Source of the DNA: an uncultured Victivallales bacterium | Lineage (GTDB): Bacteria > Verrucomicrobiota > Kiritimatiellia > UBA8416 > JABMPJ01 | Assembly (NCBI GenBank): GCA_964345005.1 | Contig: CAYFPQ010000003.1 | Location: 1,479-65,478, forward strand | Reading direction: 5' to 3' | Length of the DNA: 64,000 nt | Shown: in pieces, positions 63,107 to 64,000 of the stretch | How the letters are laid out: each line of letters begins with the position of its first letter | Position numbering within the stretch: position 1 is the stretch's first letter | Made by a program: the position numbers and the translations under genes | Notes under the pieces: generated by a model | The model's database searches: none | What the model was told of the DNA's origin: nothing | What the model saw: the letters and a program-made list of their open reading frames with translations, nothing else

Positions 63107-63853
63107 CTATTCCCCCATCCCTTCACGCCCGATATCGTCCACGCCCCACGCCTCGCGCTCCGACGCCGAACCGCTCGTGTCATCGTATGCTCTGCCGTCC
63201 ACGCCGGTCGAGTAGAGCTTATAGGTCTGGTAGTCGCGACCTCCGGAGGTACCGCTGTTGGTAGTGCACATGTAGACAAACTGACGGCCCCAGCCGTCCG
63301 CCAGTCTATATTGGTAGTTCGTATACTCCTGCGAACTGTGCGAGGTGCCGCCGAAGGCCATGCTCCCCACGTCCCATCCCACGCCGGCATCCATGTACTC
63401 CCCCCAGCGGGCCGGTTGCTTCCTGTGCCCGTATCCCACATCCGACATCAGGTAGTTCGTCGAGGCAACCAGGTAGTAGACAAGTCCGGTATAGTCCGAT
63501 CTGACATAACTTGGATGGTCACGCGCCTTCTCGTACCAATGCGAATCGACCTTTCTTCGCTCCACATGATCGAACCCCAGGCACTCGGTGCCGTGGCTCA
63601 CATAGGCGGGCGGGTCGGTGACCCCGTCATCGTCCCGATTGGCGGCCTGGGGCGGATACTCTCCGTATTCCCGGTAATACTCCTCGAGGCACATCTTAAT
63701 ATTCTCGATGCGTGCCAAGGTCTGTGCACGCGCAGCGCGCTCGCCGACCACCGACTGAAGCCTGAGAACAATCCCGGCCAAAATCCCGATGATCACCACT
63801 ACCACAAGAAGCTCAACTAGCGTAAACCCCCTGCGATCTCGCTTCTGCCTCAT
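63107..63853 (-). CDS. GspG-like pseudopilin paralog
   Basis: ATG at 63853 with a GGAGGA RBS. RRGFTLVELLVVVVIIGILAGIVL. Confidence 0.75.
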   Translation of the reverse strand: MRQKRDRRGFTLVELLVVVVIIGILAGIVLRLQSVVGERAARAQTLARIENIKMCLEEYYREYGEYPPQAANRDDDGVTDPPAYVSHGTECLGFDHVERRKVDSHWYEKARDHPSYVRSDYTGLVYYLVASTNYLMSDVGYGHRKQPARWGEYMDAGVGWDVGSMAFGGTSHSSQEYTNYQYRLADGWGRQFVYMCTTNSGTSGGRDYQTYKLYSTGVDGRAYDDTSGSASEREAWGVDDIGREGMGE

Positions 63854-63939
63854 CACGTCCTCCTCCATATACAGCGTAGCATAAACCATACCGCCTTAGC
63901 CAGCCTCACCAAGCAATCCCGATACCATCGCATTACTCA

Positions 63940-64000
63940 CGGCTCGCTGGGGACAGCTCGCCCTACCTGACGCGTGGTGATGCTACCCGGTAGGGCGAGC
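63940..64000. repeat. Structured intergenic repeat, family B copy 2 (truncated by the window end)
   Basis: CGGCTCGCTGGGGACAGCTCGCCCTACC...GGTAGGGCGAGC, a perfect 12-bp stem. The 25-nt core is identical to 36422..36446. Confidence 0.55.

Overview
High-GC (about 60%) bacterial chromosomal segment. The many prepilin-type N-terminal methylation-domain proteins (GFTLIEL motif, including an H-X9-DG/DUF1559-type member) suggest a PVC-superphylum organism (Verrucomicrobia, Kiritimatiellota, Lentisphaerae or Planctomycetes); this is inference only. The first 36 kb is mostly conserved housekeeping: an M48 peptidase with LemA, ispA, a gcvH-like gene with plsY and gpsA, rpmH-rnpA-yidD-yidC, ligA, tatA/tatC, the tolQ-tolR-tolA-tolB-pal cluster, trmB, cca, tig-clpP-clpX, rho, coaE and a 5'-3' exonuclease. 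From 36.5 kb onward the window becomes accessory or envelope-related. It holds a pilus/secretion biogenesis operon (fused PilM/PilN, a PilO-like protein, an unknown zinc-ribbon and calcium-repeat protein, and a 1123-aa secretin with an acidic N-terminal extension of about 300 aa). Next come a DUF1559 prepilin, a 405-aa secreted protein and a 2423-aa secreted protein with repeats and a C-terminal lamin-tail domain. Then a small ATPase islet with a decayed VapC gene, and a pseudopilin operon (a large GspK-like gene, GspJ/I/H-like genes and three GspG paralogs) carrying a nucleotidyltransferase gene fragment. Two families of structured GC-rich intergenic repeats occur twice each. A hexamer-repeat hairpin sits just upstream of pilM. 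Other points: a 120-aa protein with only sigma-70 region 2.1-2.2, a GcvH-like protein lacking the lipoyl lysine, and a Lys/Ala-repeat histone H1-like protein. No rRNA, tRNA, CRISPR array or transposase was recognised. All calls come from reading the translations by eye, without tools.
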